Origin: an uncultured bacterium
GTDB lineage: Bacteria > Bacteroidota > Bacteroidia > Chitinophagales > Chitinophagaceae
Assembly: GCA_903834825.1 (NCBI GenBank)
Contig: CAILKQ010000039.1
Span: 27,653 to 91,652 of the forward strand
Direction of reading: 5' to 3'
DNA: 64,000 nt
Both the position numbers and the translations under genes were made by a program. Shown one piece after another: positions 16,251-23,941 of this stretch; within the stretch, counting starts at the first letter, position 1; every line of letters begins with the position of its first letter. The notes under the pieces were generated by a model. It was not told the origin of the DNA. It ran no database searches and was given only the letters and a program-made list of their open reading frames with translations.

Positions 16251-17690
16251 TCACTTCTTCCTGATGATCTTCTCAACGAGTTCCATATGGGATGGATGAA
16301 TGAAATACTCGAAACTGCGTTTGTCAAATTCTGAGCGCTGTTTGTCCAACACAGGTTTTTTATCCCGGGTGATGATGTTGATCTTTTTGTTGATGGATCC
16401 AATCAAATCGCTGCGCATGCGTTTTTGGATTTCTACCGATCGGTTCTGAACCCCTATCACTTTATTGATTTCATCAATAGATGTTAGCCTTTCATCCGCT
16501 GAGTGCTTGAAAATGAATTCAAGCAATGATCGCTCCCGTTCCTCGAGTAATTCGAGGATACGGGTAGATCTGAAGGATATTGGGTGTTTTTCCGCTTCAA
16601 GTACTGCAACGGCTTTGGAACTATCGATAGGTGCTGACAAGGATTCAACTGCTGGAATGGGTTGTACTTTCTTGGCCTTGTACAACAATAAGCCAAGAAA
16701 GGAACTTAAAAAACCAAGGACAACCACCAAAAAAGATTCAGCCCCAATACTGTCCAACAATCCTGGAGGCTTCAAGGGTGTATAAATGGGGATGCCCGTA
16801 TCAATGAGATCAGCCCTCGAGATGACCACGGAATCATAGGGATCAAATTGACTTCCAACGTACAGTACCGAATCAATGGCAAAACTGGCTATGGCTGGAT
16901 ATACATACCTGTTGTTGGAAAGAATGGCAGTAATTTTGGTGCGGACTTTATTTGATAGGATGAAATAACGGTTTTGAGCGAGGTCCATCACTCCATAATT
17001 ATCCACCAACAGGCCCCATGGCAGGGTTGCCAAAATGTAATGGGCAGTGTCTCGCACGTTCCCCATCTTGGTCCAATCGCCGGTCTTGATATTTAACTGA
17101 TAAAGTCCCTCCTTGAGCGTTTCGGCATTGCTGTTTTTGAGTACCTCACTGGAAGGTGCAGAAATCGCCTTGATCGACAAGGTTTTTGTAGCAGTGTCTA
17201 GCATGAAAAATCCATCCGCTAGCCTATGCCAATAAATATTTTCAGACAATAAAGTAGCATCCCACTGTTTACTTAAAAAATTATAGTGCCTCAGCGTTCC
17301 GTTTGTATTCCAGAACCCATTCCCACCAAATGAGTAGAAAACCGAATCGATGCCAAATGCAATACTGTTGAAATTATACCCTGTAAAATACGTAGAATCA
17401 ATCCGGCGCCATTGGTATCTCCCTTGGGAAGTATCCATTTTGTATATCCTCCCCGTTCCCTGTGGAAGAATATAAAGCCCGGAAGCATCTTTGATTAAAT
17501 TATACCCTGAAACGCTGAAATTGGGCGGTAGATCTGATAAGTCAACCAGTGATTGTTGATGCTGGGAGTAAACAAGCACGGTCCCCTTGTGGGAGGAAAG
17601 TTTTTTTAAAATCGGAGACATCGCTTGCCCCAGGGAAAATGGTTCGTAACCAATTATCAGCAACACTAAAAAATAGGTCTTTTTTGACAT
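16251..17690 (-). CDS. Hypothetical bitopic membrane protein: exported ~300-aa domain, one TM, cytoplasmic HTH-like tail
   Basis: Signal-like N-terminus MSKKTYFLVLLIIGYEPFSLGQA. Aromatic/Gly-rich exported region with recurring motifs (FYSFGGNGFWN, YILPQGTGRIYKMD). TM segment FLVVVLGFLSSFLGLLLY. C-terminal ILELLEERERSLLEFIFKHSADERLTSIDEINKVIGVQNRSVEIQKRMRSDLIGSINKKI. Confidence 0.6.
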   Translation of the reverse strand: MSKKTYFLVLLIIGYEPFSLGQAMSPILKKLSSHKGTVLVYSQHQQSLVDLSDLPPNFSVSGYNLIKDASGLYILPQGTGRIYKMDTSQGRYQWRRIDSTYFTGYNFNSIAFGIDSVFYSFGGNGFWNTNGTLRHYNFLSKQWDATLLSENIYWHRLADGFFMLDTATKTLSIKAISAPSSEVLKNSNAETLKEGLYQLNIKTGDWTKMGNVRDTAHYILATLPWGLLVDNYGVMDLAQNRYFILSNKVRTKITAILSNNRYVYPAIASFAIDSVLYVGSQFDPYDSVVISRADLIDTGIPIYTPLKPPGLLDSIGAESFLVVVLGFLSSFLGLLLYKAKKVQPIPAVESLSAPIDSSKAVAVLEAEKHPISFRSTRILELLEERERSLLEFIFKHSADERLTSIDEINKVIGVQNRSVEIQKRMRSDLIGSINKKINIITRDKKPVLDKQRSEFDKRSFEYFIHPSHMELVEKIIRKK

Positions 17691-17843
17691 GAATTTGCAA
17701 TATCAATCACAGACTATTCAGATCATGGAGAAAAACACGGTAAAATTAGGTGATTTAACGAATTAAGATAATCGCTAATATATAAGTAATTAATAAATAA
17801 CTATTAAAATGATTAAAAAATGAAAATATTTTTTACCTATTTT

Positions 17844-18893
17844 TTACCCTTTCAGAACTTTTAGTAGTTTTTCTTCTACCATGTAAGGTGTAATTTGTTG
17901 CATACAGGCATGGTCTCCACGCCAACAACTGGTATTTCCAAAGACCGAACAGGGGCGACAACTAAGATTAACCTGCACTGCATTCAAAGGATCTTGGAGA
18001 AAGCCATAAAATCCAGCATAGGGGTGTGTAGGGCCCCAAAGAGAGATAACAGGAACATTCACCAAAGAGGCCAAATGCATATTTGCTGAGTCCATGGTAA
18101 CCATCGCCCGCATCTCCCGCATGATTTCAAGTTCTTCCGCAATGGAACTGGTTGACGAAATTGGTACAGCGCGGCTAAAATAGCCTTCCCAATCGGCCAA
18201 CAAAAGCTGCTCAGCCCCTTTCCCTCCAAAAAAATACAATTGATAGGGTGCTCGGTCAAAATATTGAACAATCTCCTTGAACTTATCCAGGGGATACATT
18301 TTGGCAGCATGTTTTGCAAAAGGGGCAAAGCCAACCTTTACCACTGAATCAACAGCCAATGTAGGCTGCATTGGCATATTGTGCTCAGTTCCTGCCTGGC
18401 CAACATGACCAACCTGGAGAAGGTTGATCTTGAAACCGAGCCTTTTGAACACATCAGCATAGCGTTCGGTAGCATGGGGCAAAGGCCTGAATATTTTATT
18501 ATCCTTCCTGATCAAGGCATATTTTTCAATCCTGCCCTTGTTGATGACTTCTGTTTTCCGCCGGCTGGCTTCAAAAAGAAACCTCAATACATGGGTGCGA
18601 ATGACCCCATGAAGGTCGGCGACCATGGAGAATTGATATTTCTTTCTGAGGAGATTAAAAATTCTGAAGATGCCAACAAATCCCTTGAATTCAGCTTTGA
18701 GGTCAAAGCCTTCAAACGTCAATCGATCAATGCCGGAAAATAGACCTGCACAACTTTTTTCACTGGCCATTACAACCAATACATCCTTGTTTGCAGCAAG
18801 AAGGGCTTTGATTACGGGTACAGTCAAGGCAACGTCGCCCAGGGCAGAAAACCTCAAGACCAAGATTGTTGGGCGTGTGGGAGCGGTTTTCAT
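17844..18893 (-). CDS. Glycosyltransferase family 9 (LPS heptosyltransferase-like)
   Basis: ILVLRFSALGDVALTVPVIKAL opening, FFGGKGAEQ, and C-terminal MVTMDSANMHLASLVNVPVISLWGPT, typical of GT9. Confidence 0.8.
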   Translation of the reverse strand: MKTAPTRPTILVLRFSALGDVALTVPVIKALLAANKDVLVVMASEKSCAGLFSGIDRLTFEGFDLKAEFKGFVGIFRIFNLLRKKYQFSMVADLHGVIRTHVLRFLFEASRRKTEVINKGRIEKYALIRKDNKIFRPLPHATERYADVFKRLGFKINLLQVGHVGQAGTEHNMPMQPTLAVDSVVKVGFAPFAKHAAKMYPLDKFKEIVQYFDRAPYQLYFFGGKGAEQLLLADWEGYFSRAVPISSTSSIAEELEIMREMRAMVTMDSANMHLASLVNVPVISLWGPTHPYAGFYGFLQDPLNAVQVNLSCRPCSVFGNTSCWRGDHACMQQITPYMVEEKLLKVLKG

Positions 18894-19501
18894 TTCTTCT
18901 CCAGGTTGTACAATACAGGATTCAGGGAAGGATCATTGTACATTTTCATCTGCCGGTATACTTTCATCTGCTTTTTGCCATCACTGATCTCTGCCAACAA
19001 CTCATCTATTGAAGTTGAAAGATCCGTTTGCTGTTCCAACAGCACCTGCAGTTTGGTGGCGCATTTTGCCCTGTGTTCAGTTGTTGCATCCACCCGTAGG
19101 GCCTCTTCCTGCATGTGGTATATCTTGAGGATGAGGATGGACAAGCGATCGATGGCCCAAGCAGGGCTTTCGGTATTGAGTGTTGCACCCGGAAGGGCAT
19201 CAACCCCAGCATAAAGGGCTAAAAAATAATCATCAATCTGCTCTACCATATCGGTTCTTACCTGGTTCGACCTGTCAATTCTCCGCTTGAGTTCAATGCC
19301 TGCAACAGGATCAATATGGGGGTCCCTTACAATATCCTCCAGGTGCCATTGAACAGTATCTACGTAGTTTTTTGCATAAAAAAGATGTTCAAGGCTACCT
19401 GCCGGATAAAGATTATTGATAGCTGCATCAACATTGTTGTGTAGATGGTAATCCGCAACAGCACGGTTGAAGACTTCGATACACATTGAACTGATTGTCA
19501 T
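18890..19501 (-). CDS. Conserved hypothetical protein, DUF4254-like (commonly adjacent to GT9 genes)
   Basis: 203-aa soluble helical protein. It overlaps the GT9 gene by 4 bp. The motifs VQWHLEDIVRDP and IDRSNQVRTDMVEQID match my recollection of DUF4254. This assignment is from memory and has not been searched. Confidence 0.5.
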   Translation of the reverse strand: MTISSMCIEVFNRAVADYHLHNNVDAAINNLYPAGSLEHLFYAKNYVDTVQWHLEDIVRDPHIDPVAGIELKRRIDRSNQVRTDMVEQIDDYFLALYAGVDALPGATLNTESPAWAIDRLSILILKIYHMQEEALRVDATTEHRAKCATKLQVLLEQQTDLSTSIDELLAEISDGKKQMKVYRQMKMYNDPSLNPVLYNLEKK

Positions 19502-19561
19502 GCAGCAAAAATAATGAATATGGGCTGATTGGCACCAGGGATTATCAATTCAAAACAAATC

Positions 19562-20353
19562 CTATACCGGCAGTGATTTGGTTTTTGATTTAATAAGGAT
19601 TGCCACTGTCAGTGCAAAAATGAAAGACAAGGATGGGCCTGCTGTAAAACCGATCATCTTTGATTCGGGAGACTGTGCGGAGTAGATGCCCCAAAATGCC
19701 CAAGCCAGTACGAATCCAAATGCAGGTTGTTTTTGTTCGCCCACCATAAAGACACCGAGCACAAGGGCCACCACGATCATGATCATGCTCCAGACCTCAG
19801 GAGACAAAGGTTCACCCTGCCAACCAAACCCAACGAGCAATGCTGTACCATTGGCGATGGTGGCTACACAGATCCAAGCCAGATAAACCACAAAGGCATG
19901 GAAGGTCCAAAGCCTGTAAAAGAAAGGCATCTGGTTTTTCATGGGTCGTATGGCAATGTACAAGCGCAAAAGGACAAGCAAAAAAACTACCATGATGGCA
20001 AGGGAAAGACCCAGGTATAAATAATGCCAGGCAAAAATCCAACCTGCATTCAATACACAAGTGATCAGAAAATAGGGGCCTGCCTTTTCAATACAGGCTT
20101 TGGCTGCATCATTGAATTTCCCAAAAGCGGCAAAAAGACTACAAAAGACAAAGCCAATCAACAACAGGTAAATCACTCCCCAAATGCTAAAGGTGAAACC
20201 CGCAGGGACAAAATAATTGGGATACAGTGCTGAAATCTGTCCGGTATTATACCCGTTGATGGGCAAGATGTTGGCCAGGGCATTGACGGCCAGCACCAAA
20301 CTGAGACCTGCAACATTGAGCAATGCATTAAATCTGGAGCCCATCATATTCAT
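19562..20353 (-). CDS. Polytopic Trp-rich membrane protein (TspO/MBR-related, tentative)
   Basis: 263 aa with about 7-8 hydrophobic helices. Motifs: FVPAGFTFSIWGVIYLLL and NAGWIFAWHYLY. Family assignment is uncertain. Confidence 0.45.
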   Translation of the reverse strand: MNMMGSRFNALLNVAGLSLVLAVNALANILPINGYNTGQISALYPNYFVPAGFTFSIWGVIYLLLIGFVFCSLFAAFGKFNDAAKACIEKAGPYFLITCVLNAGWIFAWHYLYLGLSLAIMVVFLLVLLRLYIAIRPMKNQMPFFYRLWTFHAFVVYLAWICVATIANGTALLVGFGWQGEPLSPEVWSMIMIVVALVLGVFMVGEQKQPAFGFVLAWAFWGIYSAQSPESKMIGFTAGPSLSFIFALTVAILIKSKTKSLPV

Positions 20354-20387
20354 TTATTTCAAATAATATACACGAATCTTTTGCTGA

Positions 20388-21497
20388 CTAATCCACACAC
20401 CTGAATCCGGTATGTTCCAGCCCGGTATCGGTTGCTGTTTTCATCCTTGATGTTACCCTATACCCCTTGCAGTAAGAAGCATTGCAGAGAAAGGATCCGC
20501 CCCGCACAACCCTTTTCTGAACAGTGGGCTCCTGAGGATCATAACTGTCTGCCGGACCTTTGGGGTCAATGGATATCTGTCCACTGACTTTTGTATAATA
20601 ATCATCCCTGAACCAGTCAAAGCACCATTCCCAGACATTGCCAGCCATGTCGTGGAGGCCGAACCGATTGGCCGGAAAAGTCTTTACAGGAGATGAAGCA
20701 GGGAATTTATCCCAGTTGGTATTGGTGCTTGGAAATGTTCCCTGCCAGGTATTGGCCTTGGGATTTCCTTGTTCAATGTCTTCATTTCCCCAGGGATATT
20801 TATCGGTTCTTCCTCCCCTTGCCGCGTATTCCCATTCCGCTTCTGTGGGCAACCGTTTTCCTGCCCATTTGCAATAGGCCATGGCATCGTCCCAGGAAAC
20901 ATGTACAACTGGATGATTTTCCTTACCGCTGATATTGCTGCCCGTTCCTTTGGGATGTTTCCAACTGGCTCCTTTTTTCCAGTCCCACCACTGGCTGGGG
21001 TCGCCCAATCCTGTGCCTGGAGCCTGTTTCACAAAAACCAGGGAAGCTGCCACCAAAACACTGTCTGGTGGTCTGGGTGTTCCGGCAGGAACCTGCTTTT
21101 TTATTTCCTCCCAATCGGGAGCAATTTCTGCTGTGGTAATATATCCTGTGGCATCCACAAATTTTTTGAACTGGGCATTGGTCACTTCGGTGGCATCCAT
21201 CCAGAAACCACTCACCTTCACCCGGTGTTGTGGATATTCGTCCTCCCTTCCTTCATCGTCGTTGGCACCCATCATGAATTCACCACCTGCAATCCATACC
21301 ATGCCTTCATGGGAAGCGCTGTCTGCAGCACTTGAAAAGGAAGTGTCGGATGCCGCTACAGCATACCTTGCTGGCAAATTAGAGGAGCAATGCAGCAGGC
21401 TGTCTTCTACAGAAGCATATTTTTTGGGGGGAGCAGGCTGGTTGCAGGAACAGACAAGGATGAAAAGGATGACCGTGGTAGACAATAATGACTTCAT
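20388..21497 (-). CDS. Formylglycine-generating enzyme (SUMF1/FGE) family protein, lipoprotein-like
   Basis: MVWIAGGEFMMGA, HPVVHVSWDDAMAYCKWAGKRLPTEAEWEYAARGG, GNVWEWCFDWF, RVVRGGSFLC and GFRCV are the classic FGE-sulfatase domain motifs. Signal and Cys in ILVCSC. Confidence 0.85.
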   Translation of the reverse strand: MKSLLSTTVILFILVCSCNQPAPPKKYASVEDSLLHCSSNLPARYAVAASDTSFSSAADSASHEGMVWIAGGEFMMGANDDEGREDEYPQHRVKVSGFWMDATEVTNAQFKKFVDATGYITTAEIAPDWEEIKKQVPAGTPRPPDSVLVAASLVFVKQAPGTGLGDPSQWWDWKKGASWKHPKGTGSNISGKENHPVVHVSWDDAMAYCKWAGKRLPTEAEWEYAARGGRTDKYPWGNEDIEQGNPKANTWQGTFPSTNTNWDKFPASSPVKTFPANRFGLHDMAGNVWEWCFDWFRDDYYTKVSGQISIDPKGPADSYDPQEPTVQKRVVRGGSFLCNASYCKGYRVTSRMKTATDTGLEHTGFRCVD

Positions 21498-21555
21498 GGA
21501 TGGTATTCTGGGTTTAAATGTAGTTTTTTTAGTGGCAGCAGCACAGCATTTACCG

Positions 21556-23856
21556 TTAAAAGAATGGTCGGTCTTTGAGATTTCCCAATTTCAGGTAGGT
21601 CTTGTTGAGGCCCCATTTAAAATCCCCCTCCTTGAAATGCACCAACAAATCCTTTGCAGTACTCATGTTCTTCCTTTTCAAGGTGATGGATTCGCCGGCT
21701 TTGGTATCAAACGAATAGCTTACATGGCCATTTGATTTTTTGGTTACAGGCACCACGATGCCTCTTTTGTCAGAAACAATATCAAAATCGAATGCTGAAA
21801 TCATGTTGAGCGTACACCTGTTTCCTGCCAGGCTTTTGACCTGCACCTGTTGAAGGATGCCATCATACATGACAGCGCTGACCCTGAAGGCTCCCTCTGC
21901 CCCCAGGTCTTTGAAAGACATTTCCCTCCATTCGGAGGGGATGGCAGGCAGGATGCTGATGTTTCCATCATCGCTTTGGATCATCATTTCCAGCAGGCTG
22001 GCGGCAAATGCCATAGGGGTTTCAAAGCAAGGCCCTGATTCGGCATAAAGGCCTCCAGGCTCTGCATGCCTGTTCAAAAAATCATTGAGGTATTTGATGG
22101 ATTTATCTCCTTCGCCCAACAAGGAATACATGGCAGAAGCCCCTGTGTAGGAATAGCCTGCCAATGCCGCCGGCATGGAATGCCAATGGTTGAGGGATCG
22201 GATGGTGATATCCCTGTGGGCAGGATTTTTCATGTCTAACAAGCGGTAGGGATAGATGGCGAGGAGATGAGAATAATGCCTGTGGGATGAGGTCAGTTCA
22301 ACATTCCGGCCAATCATAAAACCCTTATCACTGGTCTGCAATGGGGTAAGGCGCTGAAGTACTTCGCTCCATTTTGTTTTGTCGGGATCATTGAGCTTCA
22401 GCAGCTGGTCTACATGCAAAAGTGTTTGCAATCCCCATATCAGACCAGACAAGGAATAGTGCGCATCTTCTGCATCGGCATACTCGGGAGAATGAGATTT
22501 GACAAGATGGTATATCCCGTTTTCATCCTTGTACAAAAGGTGCATGAGGTAATTCACCGATCGCTTCAAAAGTGGATAGATCTTGTCTTTCAGTGTTTCC
22601 TTGTCGCCACTGTATTGATAATAGCGATAGTAATAGAGCATGGTCCAGACCAGGTTTCCGGGTTCAAACTGGCCTTTTCGAAGATCGTCTTGGTTCAATG
22701 GTGCATGCAGATCGAATGAGGTTATTCTTCCAATAGCAGCTGCATCATTGCGCCATTTTTCAGGCACATTGTTGATAAGTGCTTGTTTGTTCTTGTTCAA
22801 GAGGTCAAACATTGGCCTTGTCAATTCCAGGTGGTTGGATGCATACAAGGGAGAATAAGTGAGCTGTTGGTTGAGGTTCCACCAGATGCCGGGCCATGGG
22901 GTTTTGGAAGTAAACCAGGGACCCATCAGGTCCATCATGGGCTTGTCCTCCCTTGTAGCAGAAGCCAGCTTGTACAACTGAAGCCAGTAGTAGGTTTCAA
23001 CCCTTTTATCAGGAATGGAAATGAAGCTTTTTCTGAAATAGGCATTCCACCAATTTCTGTGCTTGGCCATTACAAGATCGAATGCTTTTGCCTGAAATCG
23101 CTTGATGGCAGCGATGGCCTCGGGCCTGGCTTTCCCCGTTTCATCTTCACTGTATCCTACGGCCACATCAATGACATGTTTTTCCTTGATGGCGGCGTGC
23201 TTCCACACCGTTGCATATTCCCCTTTTGTGAGCAAGGGCTGGTAACATATTCCGTACCCTGCAGAATCCTTCATGACAAAATCAGGATTGGCCTGGTATT
23301 TGTACAATTTGTTATCTCCCCTGCCAAACGAAATACGCGGTGAAATGCTTTGATCTGCAACCCACTCGCAAAATATTTTTTCGCCACCCAGCTCTGATGC
23401 TTCAATATGGATGATGTCCTCTCCTGTTGGTACAAAGAATATAAGTTCCACCCTTCCATGGGTTGTATTGACATGCCCTTTGGCCATCGCGTTGTAGATG
23501 TCCAGGTAAAGTTGAGCGCCCAGTATTTTCCCTTCTGTCCTGATCACCATTTTGCCGATCGGTAATCTTGGACGGGAGACAAGTTGTTGGGTGAACATGC
23601 TGTCAGGATAATGCGGACGTTGATCCGTTACATCAGACCTTCCTACATCAAACCTGATGGCCTTCTCTCCCTCACGGTAGGCATTCACACCAAGCCTGCC
23701 ATTGCCTGCAATGATGCCGTCATAATAATCCGAACCAAGGCTGTCCCAATAGAGCTGGGTATTTTTCATGTATGCATTCCATTCAGTGGTATCAATGGGT
23801 TGTGCATCTGTAGCGATGGACATCAGCAATATGGAAAAGGAGAGCAAAAATTTCAT
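21556..23856 (-). CDS. Glycoside hydrolase family 95-like (alpha-L-fucosidase/galactosidase fold), secreted
   Basis: Signal MKFLLSFSILLMSIATDAQ. N-terminal domain motif IIAGNGRLGVNAY. WWNLNQQLTYSPLYASNHLEL corresponds to the GH95 N.N...YWP block. SSHRHYSHLLAIYPY and ISILPAIPSEW...GAEGAFRV are C-terminal GH95-like blocks. Confidence 0.7.
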   Translation of the reverse strand: MKFLLSFSILLMSIATDAQPIDTTEWNAYMKNTQLYWDSLGSDYYDGIIAGNGRLGVNAYREGEKAIRFDVGRSDVTDQRPHYPDSMFTQQLVSRPRLPIGKMVIRTEGKILGAQLYLDIYNAMAKGHVNTTHGRVELIFFVPTGEDIIHIEASELGGEKIFCEWVADQSISPRISFGRGDNKLYKYQANPDFVMKDSAGYGICYQPLLTKGEYATVWKHAAIKEKHVIDVAVGYSEDETGKARPEAIAAIKRFQAKAFDLVMAKHRNWWNAYFRKSFISIPDKRVETYYWLQLYKLASATREDKPMMDLMGPWFTSKTPWPGIWWNLNQQLTYSPLYASNHLELTRPMFDLLNKNKQALINNVPEKWRNDAAAIGRITSFDLHAPLNQDDLRKGQFEPGNLVWTMLYYYRYYQYSGDKETLKDKIYPLLKRSVNYLMHLLYKDENGIYHLVKSHSPEYADAEDAHYSLSGLIWGLQTLLHVDQLLKLNDPDKTKWSEVLQRLTPLQTSDKGFMIGRNVELTSSHRHYSHLLAIYPYRLLDMKNPAHRDITIRSLNHWHSMPAALAGYSYTGASAMYSLLGEGDKSIKYLNDFLNRHAEPGGLYAESGPCFETPMAFAASLLEMMIQSDDGNISILPAIPSEWREMSFKDLGAEGAFRVSAVMYDGILQQVQVKSLAGNRCTLNMISAFDFDIVSDKRGIVVPVTKKSNGHVSYSFDTKAGESITLKRKNMSTAKDLLVHFKEGDFKWGLNKTYLKLGNLKDRPFF

Positions 23857-23867
23857 GATGCCAAGTT

Positions 23868-23909
23868 ATTAAAAAACAACGAGGGAAAGCATTGCTGCCA
23901 TCCCTCGTT
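23868..23909 (-). terminator. Intrinsic terminator after the beta-propeller/amidohydrolase gene
   Basis: The minus strand reads AACGAGGGATGGCAGCAATGCTTTCCCTCGTTGTTTTTTAATAA. The 9-bp stem is AACGAGGGA (23878-23886) / TCCCTCGTT (23901-23909), followed by a T run. Confidence 0.75.
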
Positions 23910-23941
23910 TCTGTTTTGAATGTTGGAGTTTTGATAGGCGG

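Noticed and set aside
20935-21735. 266-aa plus-strand ORF
   Set aside because: It is antisense to the strongly motif-supported FGE gene and spans the FGE/GH95 intergenic region. No motifs were seen. It is a typical shadow ORF.
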